Notes under the pieces: model-generated | What the model was told of the DNA's origin: nothing | The model's input: only the letters and a program-made list of their open reading frames with translations | Database searches by the model: none | Made by a program: the position numbers and the translations under genes | In this document: positions 42,001 to 51,171 of the stretch, piece after piece | Layout: the number at the start of each line of letters is the position of its first letter | Position numbering within the stretch: position 1 is the first letter of the stretch | Origin: Girardia tigrina | Taxonomy: Eukaryota | Length of the DNA stretch: 64,000 nucleotides | Direction: 5' to 3' | Assembly (NCBI GenBank): GCA_001938485.1 | Contig: MQRK01248872.1 | Location: forward strand, 1-64,000

Positions 42001-42618
42001 TCAGACATTTCAATAAATGATTAAAAATACGATTACATGTTGTAGATTAAAAATAGGAAAACATATACACTTCTCTCTACATACAGATGAGTATTTCATT
42101 CAAATCACGTAAGCATTCATAAAAATCTAAAAAGTGTTTTATTCCTACTGTCAGCATAGAATAACAGTTTCACACCTAATGCACTTCCTGTACTTCCTCG
42201 TCTCAGATCAAGATAGTATTTTTTAAAAAGTTTTTTTTTAATTGAAAAAAAAATTATTTATTCATTGTATCCATTTCAATTAAAAACAGTTATTTTTGAC
42301 TCTCTTTCAGTTTAAACAAAAAAGTAATCGACGATAATCGAATTGAAAGATAAGCCCACCTTTCTCAAGGTTATTTGGTAAATCATAGCGAAAGTTGTTT
42401 CCGCTCTGGCCGTATTGACGAATATCACTGCGTGTGTCACCGAGTCCAAATCCATTTTTCACCCATTGGACTTTTGCATTAGTCGATGGGTCTATACGAC
42501 ATAATAATGTGACTGTGCTGTTCAGAGTGACTGTTTGCCGCTGTGGATGAACGAGGATTAGATTTGGATTTGATACCACAACTCTTAGTAATATCCAGAT
42601 TACAAGATGTTTAAACAT
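3207..42618 (-). CDS. Multi-exon NEPH/Kirre/SYG-1 (IRM)-like Ig-superfamily type I membrane protein (signal peptide, 5 Ig domains, TM); 3' end off-window
   Basis: Join (minus strand) 42618-42360, 26729-26613, 24383-24119, 18702-18569, 14796-14679, 14230-14085, 7929-7666, 7613-7463, 7170-7022, 3326-3207. All introns are GT..AG and phases match, giving one open frame of about 574 aa. VQWVKNGFGLG in Ig1, five Cys-Trp-Cys Ig folds and no FnIII before the TM fit the NEPH/Kirre architecture rather than nephrin. Confidence 0.88.
4595..4665 (+). ncRNA. Degenerate PLE-type hammerhead (diverged relative of 36493)
   Basis: Upstream ATAAGCTTCAAAAATCAATGTTAAGTTAGT aligns with 36467-36498. Sequence TTAGT-CTGAAGA-T-AATTT...AGATT-ACAAA-TATT-ACTAA; the GAAA is mutated. 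Confidence 0.55.
5671..6080. mobile_element. Non-autonomous Tc1/mariner-type element (MITE)
   Basis: TIRs CAGTGCGTTCAAAAAGTAACTGTGCACCT / AGGTGCACAGTGACTTTCTGAACGCACTG, with TA on both sides. Confidence 0.9.
6083..6798 (+). mobile_element. Internally deleted mariner
   Basis: 28-bp TIRs TTAGGTGGTCCTAAAAGTTCCCGGTCAA / TTGACCAGGAACTTTTTGGACAACCTAA with TA TSD. Motifs RIVTSDEK, KIMLCVWW and HPTYSPDCAPSDYGLF. Confidence 0.92.
7022..7170 (-). CDS. Coding exon 9: C-part of Ig5
   Basis: KYTIFTE...SILNLNNVDSNDFGFYNCSATTEMGTDSKTMILSKT. Acceptor TTTCAG, donor GTAAAC. Confidence 0.92.
7463..7613 (-). CDS. Coding exon 8: N-part of Ig5
   Basis: SKPFISENPDRTATIGKSIQIKCVINSIP...IMWFHRGRRI. Follows a 52-bp intron; acceptor ATTCAG, donor GTAAGG. 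Confidence 0.9.
7666..7929 (-). CDS. Coding exon 7: Ig4
   Basis: YGPQF...VGDNVKLTCISDSNPPSSIYWQR...QDFGIYICTA...LAKR. Acceptor CTATAG, donor GTATAT. Confidence 0.92.
10013..11235 (+). mobile_element. Decayed mariner split by an inserted repeat
   Basis: TIR-like TCGGGTTGTGAAGAAAGTTCG, an HTH remnant (FYKYTTGDFNLTD) and ICDTL at 10480-10493. The transposase resumes after 11022 as PFLKKIVIVDEKWIV...KKTMFCL*LDFKG...DKYCSQL. Confidence 0.75.
10494..11014 (+). repeat. Dispersed TGTGAGGAATATTTT-ended repeat, copy A (solo LTR or MITE)
   Basis: Shares the blocks TGTGAGGAATATTTTAAAT, CTCCCACCCAGATGGAAA, TTAGAACGATG and GTTCTTAAT with the copies at 13033, 43883, 46914 and 47315. Confidence 0.75.
12215..12900 (-). 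mobile_element. Ty3/Gypsy pol remnant (RT N-terminus)
   Basis: Reads KPSSNWCTPI...DHRRLNIITTEDEYPAP...GTIKIFNKIDL, resembling the Gypsy RT motifs SPW.SP, DYRxLN, D.YP.P and FSKIDL. Disrupted by stops. Confidence 0.7.
13033..13527 (+). repeat. TGTGAGG repeat copy B (TG...CA), candidate LTR of the adjacent Gypsy remnant
   Basis: Runs TGTGAGG...TGTTACA. A PBS-like TGGTGCAACC lies about 30 nt beyond it on the minus strand, toward the RT remnant. Confidence 0.6.
14085..14230 (-). CDS. Coding exon 6: C-part of Ig3
   Basis: RWFINENEV...NKAVVKCVANNTKEGHAQQVLRVK. Acceptor TTTTAG, donor GTAATT. Confidence 0.9.
14679..14796 (-). CDS. Coding exon 5: N-part of Ig3
   Basis: VEPTVTMEIL...ENEWITIICSAVGRPDKFTW. 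Acceptor ATTCAG, donor GTATTT. Confidence 0.88.
17180..17500 (+). mobile_element. Penelope-like element GIY-YIG endonuclease remnant
   Basis: DVVYRLQY...TFIGETFRHFCSRIQE...ERVIFEEMYIRSLDSKNNV. Confidence 0.8.
17600..18330 (-). mobile_element. Decayed Tc1/mariner-superfamily element
   Basis: HTH-like N-terminus LTTLERVQIAESYKVWRSIIEVER...QIDAKTIKNYHEKL and a degenerate SPDLTPLDF-like block near 17660. Confidence 0.6.
18569..18702 (-). CDS. Coding exon 4: C-part of Ig2
   Basis: LRDTFSTLKAKVNQLLNGKSIRCSATNKGF...KIEIY. Acceptor TTTAAAG, donor GTAAAT. Confidence 0.9.
19580..20844 (+). mobile_element. Near full-length inactive mariner (mellifera-like)
   Basis: TIRs TTGGGTTGACCAAAAAGTCATTGCGTTTTT / AAAAACGCAATGACTTTTTGACCAACCCAA with TA TSD, 1265 bp. 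Motifs WLPHEM, ITGYEKW (first catalytic D replaced by Y), HDNARPH and frameshifted YSPDLVPSDFHLF. Confidence 0.95.
21780..22400 (-). mobile_element. Highly decayed mariner transposase
   Basis: YDNRKRKHQW, CVWW and HQQYTQDVSSFDYHYFRS, the last a degenerate HPPYSPDLAPSDYHLFRS. Confidence 0.65.
24119..24383 (-). CDS. Coding exon 3: N-part of Ig2
   Basis: VSSGPPKIFQ...LMVLRCQAERGRPGATLTWMID...ENETK. Acceptor ATTTAG, donor GTAAGT. Not present in the supplied ORF track. Confidence 0.9.
24466..24562. repeat. (TA)n microsatellite containing an assembly gap
   Basis: TA repeats flank the N run at 24485-24534. Similar tracts occur at about 2872-2903 and 32884-33004. Confidence 0.9.
25625..26300. mobile_element. 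Inverted pair of Penelope-like 3' ends (GIY-YIG plus degenerate hammerheads)
   Basis: Minus copy NYRERVACEALYIRSSDPKINV (about 25625-25880). Plus copy YIGETSCHVCRRIQEH...IRSLDPKINAQ (about 25940-26300). Each ends in the hammerhead-like sequence ...GTC/ATC GAAA TTAATT GT. Confidence 0.8.
26613..26729 (-). CDS. Coding exon 2: C-half of Ig1
   Basis: GYYDLQITNVDLYDEGDYNCQTS...ALVTVL with the DxGxYxC motif. Acceptor TTTCCAG, donor GTAAAA. Confidence 0.92.
27471..28486 (+). mobile_element. Decayed cecropia-subfamily mariner related to Dtmar1
   Basis: MEKTE..IMKYEFLRG, KWILHEL, RIVTCDE, QKKLIVS and HPPYLPDLA*TD, with degenerate TIRs. Confidence 0.85.
29954..30428. mobile_element. Inverted pair of Penelope-like 3' ends (same family as 36087-36600)
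   Basis: 29954-30272 is the reverse complement of about 36285-36605. 30281-30428 is a plus-strand copy of the same 3'UTR. Both carry mutated hammerhead cores. Confidence 0.88.
31150..32120 (-). mobile_element. Penelope-like retroelement remnant: RT (YVDD), GIY-YIG and 3' hammerhead
   Basis: YKRYVDDIFLV...LFLNFMNSIHNNINFT at about 31980-32090, then ETNRHLKT.IS.H and SLLIRHFNPLINI. Hammerhead-like CTGAAGA-TGATC...GATC-AAAA at 31155-31198. Confidence 0.88.
32340..32500 (+). mobile_element. Tc1 transposase C-terminal fragment
   Basis: PDSSPDLNPIENC*ATLRNKV. Confidence 0.75.
32795..32852 (+). ncRNA. Minimal type I hammerhead ribozyme (PLE-type), intact core
   Basis: TTTATTTCATTACA-CTGAAGA-T-GCC(GAAAT)GGT-GAAA-CGCG-TT-TGTATTGGGAATAAA. 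Stem I ends pair, stem III is the palindrome ACGCGT, and the cleavage triplet is GUU. Confidence 0.72.
35480..35960. mobile_element. Penelope-like fragment (family of 31150-32120) with an inverted 3' end
   Basis: Minus strand ANLVYTFNCH...IGETNRHFKTRISEHSQSS. A degenerate plus-strand hammerhead CTAAAGATGATTAAAGATTGTGATCAAAATATGTC lies at 35908-35942. Confidence 0.78.
36087..36605 (+). mobile_element. 5'-truncated Penelope-like element: open GIY-YIG domain and 3'UTR
   Basis: ORF 36087-36425 reads SDLVYKYTCNGCNATYIGETSRHLCERIKEH...SNIAEHYLKC...ERVTYEALLIRSMDPKIN, showing VY..CxxC..YIG, the catalytic R/E/N residues and a CCHH motif. Confidence 0.92.
36493..36537 (+). ncRNA. Minimal type I hammerhead ribozyme in the PLE 3'UTR, intact core
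   Basis: TTTAGT-CTGAAGA-T-GGCGG(GTAAT)CCGCC-GAAA-TTAA-TT-ACGAAA. The sister copy at 30386 has ACTAAA, which gives a perfect stem I. Confidence 0.78.
39321..40584 (-). mobile_element. Full-length young mariner, Dtmar1-like, with interior in an assembly gap
   Basis: Identical TIRs TTAGGTTGTTCGATATGAAACGGGTCAAA with TA TSDs. ORF ends MEISEIRILMKYEF... and ...CVDNMGGYFD* flank the N gap at 39433-40350. Confidence 0.93.
42360..42618 (-). CDS. Coding exon 1: signal peptide and N-half of Ig1
   Basis: MFKHLVIWILLRVVVS-NPNLILVHPQRQTVTLNSTVTLLCRID...VQWVKNGFGLG...NNLEK. Acceptor TTTTAG lies 1 nt before the ATG; donor G|GTGGGC. Confidence 0.9.
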
Positions 42619-43195
42619 TCTAAAACAAATAATAAAATATTCTAACATTCAAAGATAATGAGATCTATATGCATATACAACTGAAGTTCGTTTTTAATAA
42701 TTATTGCTGTGTTCGTGATCAATGATAGAGTTCATGACACAATTATTTATTATTATTTTAAAATCTCTTGTTTAAATAATATCCACTTATTTAATTTATA
42801 GCTTATGTAAAATGTTTTTAAAAATACTTTTTAAGCTCCAATTTTAAATAAATATTTTAAATCGTACAATTATAAAATTTTATATAAGAACATTGTAGAA
42901 TGTTTTACATTTTTCTTTTTAAATTCAAAAAAATTACGAGCTGTCCAAATTCCTTACAGTTATAATGAAATAACTACTAAAATATGTAGTAATCATAATG
43001 TTTTGGATATTCACTTTAAAATTCTAATAATAAACTCATTAATTTTACTTTTTATGTCATATCCGTGAGAGTTGTTTGGGATTTATCATAGTATTTTAGT
43101 CCTAATTATTCATGTTTTCAAAACATTTTACTCTAGAATTGCTTGAAATAAATAATTTTCAGCAAGATTGAGTGTTATTATTATTACGTTCAAAA

Positions 43196-43608
43196 CAAGG
43201 GATCAACTGTGCGGCCAGTGGGCATACTTCTACGTAATATCCCTGAGTAACTAGAGATCTCGGTCGCTAGGCTAAAGTGTCCAAGAGCTAGCCGATTATT
43301 GCGGAACAGCCGGCAATATATCATATTCAGGAATGGGCTAGCAATCCATTCACTAGACTACGCTTTATAATCTGGGTGTGAAGGCTGTGGTGTGTAGTAG
43401 TGACCCCGCTGTCGGTGGTTGGATTGCATCTTAATGATCTGGGATGAATCAATCCCGGTGAAGGGTGTTGTAATGACGTCGTTGCATCTTCGGACAGGCG
43501 GAACTAAGGTATAGATCCCAACATTTCAGGAGTACCCGTTGAGAACCATCAGCGTCCCAGGCCTCCTAAAAAGCTTCAGGCTTAATACCGTTAAAGGAGT
43601 AGAGGTGC
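43196..43608. mobile_element. Unclassified GC-rich ~410-bp insertion flanked by 10-bp direct repeats (SINE-like)
   Basis: ACGTTCAAAA at 43186-43195 and 43609-43618, an abrupt rise in GC, no ORF and several hairpins. Confidence 0.65.
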
Positions 43609-43882
43609 ACGTTCAAAAAAATAAATTACCACATCTTGGAATTACAAAATAGTGTCAAACAGTTCAAGTTGACCGGGTTAACTGAAACTGGAAAGTCAAA
43701 CAGCCTACGTAAAATTACTCCAAAGCGGCAGAATTGCTTAATTAGGCAGCCATAATATATTCAAACCGGAAGAAAAAAAATCAAACAGCAAGTATAAGAA
43801 TAAAGAAGAGACTGGTACATAATTTTGGCTTAAAAGTAAACATCCAGCCAAAAAGTTTATACTGATTTGTGCCTAATCACTT

Positions 43883-44330
43883 TGTGAGAAAATTTTAAAA
43901 TTGTTTATGGATGTGGTGTATTTATTTGAGTGTGCTGAAATTGGAATTGTGACTCTAAACCAGTTTGAAAATCGATGCTTTATTGTATTTGCGATAATGA
44001 ATCATTCAGAGTTCACATTTTTTAATAATCTGATAAAATTAAAATTTGAAAGTAATAATATTGGGTAATTTCTAATATAAGTAATATTTTTCAAAAATTA
44101 AAATAAACATGTTTAATGTTTTAATAAAAGACATTTTAGAGGTTTGAATAATTTTTAAATTGGTTTAATTATTTTTAATAATTTTTCTGAAATATTTTTA
44201 AGTTAAAATAATATTAAATGTTATTGAAAAATTGGGAAATTTGTTCGAATAATCATTATTAAAAATTCAGAAACTACATTAATTAATAAATTCGTTTGCA
44301 TAGTAATTGTGTTGGTGCTCTTAACAGACT
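43883..44330 (+). repeat. TGTGAGG repeat copy C (diverged)
   Basis: TGTGAGAAAATTTTAAAATTG, AAATTTGTTCGAATAATCAT and GTTGGTGCTCTTAA blocks. Confidence 0.65.
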
Positions 44331-44399
44331 TATACTACTTACGTTATATAACCACTATCAAAATTAGACGTTTTGTTAGTTGGATTCATTTGTCAATTT

Positions 44400-44900
44400 C
44401 GTGAGGTATCGTAAATTTCGAAGGTTACATCTTCGTTACACAATCTTAACTGTCGAACATTCTACTTTTTGTACTAATTTCAATAAATGCATATCGTTAA
44501 GTTTACTTTAACATCCTGAAAAGCAAATATGATTTTTTGCATATGTAGTCTGTTTCGACCGAATTCAACTCTTGCAAACTTTTGAATGACTGGTTCATTT
44601 TTAATTGGGTTCATATTCTGCGATGGCCTGCAAATGGTTGTTAATTCCATTGAAACATCATGAAGCTTTGTGAAGAGAAATGTAAGATTCCATCCCCCCA
44701 GAGACCTACAAAATTATGCCTATTTTATCAAGCGTAATTGATGTTTGGAAGCATCGTGGTATCCATGTAAAAGACTTGTTTATTCAAAGTTTTCAAGTTT
44801 GAAAATGTTGCTTAAATGTCATGGACATATTTCAAAATACTCGAATAGTGGTTCGTGTTAAGAGGTTTTGTAAAATTTTACAAAAAATTATGCTTTTTAT
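44400..44900 (-). mobile_element. Decayed Tc1 transposase fragment
   Basis: LWG, HGYHDASKH (QDNDPKH-like) and PSQNMNPIKN (PSQSPDLNPIEN-like) occur in the expected order. Confidence 0.55.
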
Positions 44901-45770
44901 AAATCATTTTGTCCTCTGTTATACTAATAATAAAAATAATTTAACTTCTTAATATTCTAAATTATATTTTGTTATAAAAAAAATTATTAAAATAAAACAT
45001 GTTTTATAACTATATTTTTTTAGTTTATTTTTAAAAAAAAGATTTTTCAAAGACATAATTAAGACATAAATTTAAATTTTCTTTTGAAATTATTATTTTT
45101 TAAAGTAATATTAAAAACAAAAGCAATATTAATTGAAATTAATAATATAATAAATTATACAGCGAAAAAACAGACCATTGATTAATTAATTAATAATTTC
45201 ATTATGAATTCATTATGGAAAATCAAAATAAATAAATCAGAAATGTCAAAATTTTAATGATTATAAATTATTTTATATTTTCCAATATTATCCTTATTTA
45301 ATTAAAGAAAAATATAAATAAATAAATATATTTAGAAATATTTATTAATAATATAATTAATATTTAAAAAAAACGTTTTTCAAAGACAAAAAAATATAAT
45401 TATCGTAATTATAAAATATAAACAAAGTAAACCAAATAATTTGTTTGAATTAATAAATGAAAAAGTGCATTTTTTCTTATTGGGATAATTATATTTATTT
45501 TTCCTTTTAAAAAAATATTGGGCGCGTAAATCAGATCATTTTACAGAGGCCTTTCCACATTTTTATAAAATTTTCGTACAAATTAAATTGATAAAATCGA
45601 AATAATGAAAAAATATCCCAATCGATAATTAAAACAAAATTAATAAGAATATTTTGTATGAAAAAATTTGGTTTTAAATCTTTTTATTATTTTTATATTA
45701 ACATACTTTGAATTTTGTGAGATTTCGATATGATTTTAAAATTTAAATTCTGAAAATCAATTGATTTTAA

Positions 45771-46130
45771 CCCGTTGACTACCGGAGACCCGTATATGGG
45801 TTTACGGCTTATAACTTTAGAACGAAGAAGAATTTTTTAATGCAGTTTTTGTTCTAAATATTACTATTAACTTTTCTAGTCCAGCTCTCTCGCTCTCTAG
45901 TCCAACTCTGGAGCATGTGGAACAGTGAGAAAAAATCGTAAAGATTTGCCAAAATTCACTGGAAAATCACGAAAAGGAGATGTTCAATGATTTTCGTCTT
46001 CAGCTCTTCTAGCAATGAAATGGAAAGACAAACGAGATGTCTACATGTTATCGACTGTAAATAGTATAAATTTCTTGAACAGTGGAAAAAGTGATAGATC
46101 AAACGGAACAGAAATTATGAAGCCCGCGAA
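45771..46130 (+). mobile_element. piggyBac left end with a PGBD4-like transposase fragment
   Basis: TTAA|CCCGTTGACTACC terminus and LLAMKWKDKRDVYMLSTV...GKSDRSNGTEIMKP. The right end was not found. Confidence 0.8.
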
Positions 46131-46913
46131 TCATGGAATATTCACAAAAAAATCGGAGCTCACTATTTCCGAAAATATTTTATTCTAACTAATGCTTCCA
46201 TTTATCCTTCATTTTGCGAACTTTTCCCAACACCCTTGTATTATTCATGTAAACATATTTTTTTACTAAAACTTAAAGATTTATTGAGGGTAATATGAAC
46301 TTAATGAAATTATTTTAAAAGATTTTCGCGGTTTTTTTTAAATAAACCGTTAATAAAAAAATTATCTTTAATTTTTTAATGAAATCATTTTTAAATATTT
46401 GTTATTAAAATTGTATCTTTATTCAATGTTTTACGATGAATATTAAGATAGTATAATGAAATAATATTTAACAATATTAAATTCTGAATAAATCCCCTTT
46501 CTTGGCGAATGTTTTTTCCGGTTTGAGAAGATTTTTACCAAATTGTTTGAATTTCCAAACTTAAACAAGCTCAATTAAACTTTGTCAATCAAATTTAATG
46601 TTGCCTCTTTAATGTTCTTTATAAAATCATGATTTTCTATTAAATTATATGATTTTGTTCTAAAATGTTTATCAATCCTGAGAGACATTCTTTTGCTACC
46701 TCTCCGTTACGTAAGTTACTGCCTAATTATTTGTTTTTTTAATTTTACATTTTATATTATTATTTATATTTTTTTTTATTTTTCAATCATGTTCTTCAAA
46801 GTTTACTTTGATACCGAAATCTTCCTCAAAGTTTTGGGTTTTAAAACCCCATGTCTCTGTACATTTCTTTCGGATTTCAAGTTGACATTATTAAAACTAT
46901 TAATATTATTAAT

Positions 46914-47636
46914 TGTGAGGAATATTTTAAATTGTATGTATTAAGAACATTAATTGGATTATTAATAGATTTATTGATATGACAACTTGAATTGACATTG
47001 TGACAATTCTCCACAAAACTTTTGTAACTAGTCATCGTTCTTGATTGACAGATTTTTTTTACTTCTATTTCTGAACGTCTTATTATTCAAACAAATTTAT
47101 ATTAAAATTTAATTTATAATATCGATTACAAAATAATTTATGATTTAAATTAGAAAATTATTTTAATTATTTGAAAATATATTTTAAATATTATTTATTA
47201 TACATTAATTTGGTTTAATTTTTCGATACACAATTGGTTTAAATTTTAAATTATATTTTAAATTATATTATTTTAAATTATTATTTTAAATTATATTTTA
47301 AAGAATTCCTCATAGTCTGAATGTGTGAATGTATTGATGCTGTATGTTGATTTGTGTATGCTGAACTTAGAATGGTGATTCTCCCACCAGATGGAAAATT
47401 ATATTTTTTGTATTTACAGTAAAAAAATAGTAAAAAAAATGTTCTAATAATCATGATTAAAAATAGAAATAAAAAACCAATTAGAGCGATGTCAAACGGT
47501 GAAAGATCTTCCGAGAGTTGTGATGACTCTAAATGTGATAATAATAAATCTTCAAACGAAAATCGACTCAATGTTCTTAATATTAATAATATTAAAACAT
47601 CTTTAATTCTTAACATACATAAAAATATCATCAAAA
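46914..47636. repeat. TGTGAGG repeat copies D (minus, 46914-47314) and E (plus, truncated, about 47315-47636)
   Basis: D starts TGTGAGGAATATTTT, carries the family's internal blocks in reverse orientation and ends AAAGAATTCCTCATA. E has CTCCCACCAGATGGAAA and CCAATTAGAGCGATG...GACTCTAAATGTGAT. Confidence 0.7.
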
Positions 47637-48702
47637 TTTAAAAGAATTTGAAAAAGAAATATCAAATAAATAAAATATTATCAACTTTTCAAAATATTAA
47701 ATTTTTTATATTTTTTTATTTAATTAAATTAATTAAGAAAAATATTTTTCTAAAGAAATGATTTAGTTTAAAAAAAATCAATAAAAATATATCTTTCAAA
47801 CAATTAATCAAATATCATTCGTTACCAAACTTAAATGCAGGGCAGATGGGAGGAAAGCGGGGGGAGAGTTGTCACGCCCCGGAGTTGGGATTTTTTTATT
47901 TAAAAATTATAACTAAAGAATGAATTAGTTTTTTAATTGAATTTTTCGATCTTAATTTAAGTATTTTAATTAATAGATTAATTTTTATGTTTTTTTATGG
48001 TTTTTTGTCTTTTTTTCCTAATTTATATTTTAAAATTAATCAATATCCAATAAAATAACATATTTATTGAATAATTATTATCTAGAAAAAAATACAAAAA
48101 GAAAAACAAGTAATTTGATAATTAGATTAGAAAAAGATGTATTAAAAATATTTATAATCTAATTGTTTAAGTTATTTTGTAATTTATAATTTATTCATTA
48201 TTCAATTAGACTTTACAAATCGTTACAAATAAACCAGAAAATCATTTTTTTTTAAATTTTATTAAATATATAATGATAAAAATAAAGACTTGTTTAAGAA
48301 AATTTTTTGTTATTATTAAATAGAAAAAAAATTAAAAATATAAATAAAAATTTTCTTTTTAAAATTTTATTATTATTTAAAATTAAATATTGAATATAAT
48401 TTCAATTAAATTATAATTAACACAGAAAAGAATAAGTCATATAATCACTGGACTTGAAACCAGTAAAAAATGACGAAAACCACGAATTAAACTAAATATG
48501 AATGAATCATCTTCGAAAGAAGGATGTTGATATAAATTTTATATCAATTTCTTTTTAGCAAGCTTTTTCATTATTTATATTTTTTAAAAAATAAATATAA
48601 AATAGTAGAATTTTTTTATCACATTGACAGACAGCAGGAACAAATGAAGTTCGAAAAATAACCCTAGATGTTTTTTTTATAATTTTTAGAATATTAGAAG
48701 TA

Positions 48703-48921
48703 CCGTAAATTCCGGACTATAAGCCGCACTTAAAAACCTGAAATGAGTCATAATTGAAGAGTAGCGGCTTAAAGTCCGTTGCGGATTATGCGTTTTTATA
48801 ATGTTTTTATTTGTTTTATAATGTTTATAATTTTTTATATAATATCATAGCTTATAATGTTTTTTTTGGAAAAGCAGGCTTATAATATAGTGCGGCTTAT
48901 ATTATAGTGCGGAAATTACGG
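48703..48921. mobile_element. pogo-like MITE
   Basis: TA|CCGTAAATTCCGGACTATAAGCCGCAC ... GTGCGGCTTATA..TATAGTGCGGAAATTACGG. Confidence 0.82.
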
Positions 48922-50319
48922 TTTATGTTAACTCTTTCTGCTTAAATAAACTTAATTTTGATTAATCCAAGACATGGTAACATGCTTCTACTTGTACGCC
49001 GTTAAATGCACATTGGCGCCGCAATAGCCGGATTGTCTGTGAGTAAAAATCAAAATGTTTGATATTCGGTGTTTGAATATTGTGTGTTAATTTGGGATTA
49101 TGTCTCTCCTACGTTGATTAATTTTTAAATAAATAAATTGAATTGATAATTTTTAAATAACTATTATTCATTTTAATTTTTAATCAATAAAATTTTCAGT
49201 AAATATTTTAAGTCATTAATCAAATATAAAGATGCAAATGTACAAAATCGTTGACAAAGATTGTTCCAAAGACAATCAAACTTAAAATACTAATAAAAAT
49301 ATTGAAAGTCTCATTGGTGTTCTTAATGGAGTCTAAAAAACAACCATTTCGTTTTGGAAAGCTCTCGCTAAACCGTAGAGTGAACTTCGCTTTGACGTTT
49401 ATAGATGCATGTGTATATGTAATATTTTTATAAAAAAAATTTAATTTTATTGATTTTTTTCTTAAGTATATATAATATTCAAAATATAAATAAAATGTGT
49501 ATATAAAGAACATGATTAATAGAATAATAACTAATAAACACCTGTTTTTGTTTGAATAGAAATCAATACAAGCTATTTCTGTGAATTTAAATCTAAAAAT
49601 AAAATAAAAATAAAATAAAGTATTTGTGAAATAAAGTCGAATAGATTTCTTAATTAGAAATCTTTACATATTAGCAGTCAAATGAATTAAATAACGCGGG
49701 GGAAATGGGCGAGATTGCATGACATTGTAGAAGAATATGTCACAATGAGGAAATTAAATTCAGCATTTTTCATTATCTCACAATCAATCAAACAAATACT
49801 TGTATTTCAATATTACAATTGATTTGGTAATGAATTTCATATCTCACCTCATTTAAACAACACTCATATTTCCCAGTTTATCTAAAATTATAACAAAAAT
49901 CAATTTCCCAATACTCAAATATTTCAATAAACACTAACTTATTAAACCCCATTAATAGTTGTTTTTTTTTAAAAAAAAAGAAACCAAGAAATTATAAAAA
50001 TATTTTATTTATATTATTTTATATTTTTGTTTATTAATATTATAAATTATTGGGAAAATATTCGAAAAGAAAAGATTAATTGTAATTTGAAATAGAAAAT
50101 AAAATATGGAAAAAAAATTTTTTTTAATAAATTATTATTGAATAAAAAAAATTAATCCTAGAAATATTTTTATTTTATTTATTTTTATTGTTACTGAACC
50201 ATCAACATTTTCAGTAATACAAAATTTGAAATTTCTCAATTTAAAAAGATTAAAAGAAAATCTTCAATCCGAATGAAAAATTTTTTAATATAAACCAAAT
50301 TCATCATTTTACAAATATA

Positions 50320-50800
50320 TTTAATGACAATATATTTCGACGGATCAAATCATGCTAATCAAAAATTCTCAATAAGCTGGTTGAGAATGCCGATTGAACA
50401 TGGATTTTAGGACAAAGCGAGTTAGTTAACAATATTTAACATGGCACTCTTCCAATGACTATCAAAATGCTTACACAGAATCTTGAAATCATCAATAATT
50501 ATATCACATTTACATTTTTTCCTATGTTCTACAACATTGCTCTTACTCTCTTTGTAAAAAATGTTCTTGAATTCGTTTACTGAGATTACAGGCAGTCTCT
50601 CCAATGTATGTGTCACGCAGCCATTACATTTATATGCATAAACAATATCAGAACAAAGTATTAAAGGTTTAATTTAATAATTTATTTATTTCTGAACATA
50701 TTTTGAATTTGATAAAATTTTAAAATTTAATTCATAGTTAGTTGCTTTTAACAATACATTTTTAAAGGTTTTAAATCCTTCAGAATAAGACGTATTATTA
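50320..50800 (-). mobile_element. Penelope-like GIY-YIG remnant with a partial hammerhead
   Basis: LCSDIVYAYKCNGC..TYIGETACNLSKRIQEH...SNVVEHRKKC...DDFKILC. The 3' half of a hammerhead, CCGTC-GAAA-TATA-TT-GTCAT, lies at about 50323-50343. Confidence 0.8.
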
Positions 50801-51171
50801 AATTTTATTTTACTTCAATTTCTTAGGTTTGCTCCTCCTGGTAGTTTTAAGAAAGAAACTGAAGTAAAATTTATATTAATAAACTTTTTGTCTTTAAGAC
50901 ACCGAATTTAAGGGTGGAAATAATAAGTTCAACCTACATAAGGTTTTAGGCTACATAAGCCTAAAACCGGACAAAATACGTAGTCATATATTTCGTTTAT
51001 TCCTCTGTGTTAGATTAAATTTGAGATATTTTCCTACAATGTTTTTTTGTAAAAAAAGGTATAGATTTTTGATCTGACAACACGTTAAGCTGAAAGAAAT
51101 TTTTCTAAATTATCTTTCTACAGAATTTGAATTTATTTAATTAATTGAAATTGTTCAAATACTAATACTAA

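Noticed and set aside
43268-43345. HDV-like or twister ribozyme within the 43-kb insert
   Set aside because: A P2-like helix exists, but L3 lacks the UCC needed for P1.1 and P1 is only 4 bp. The GTCCCAGGCC motif near 43555 lacks the required partner strands.
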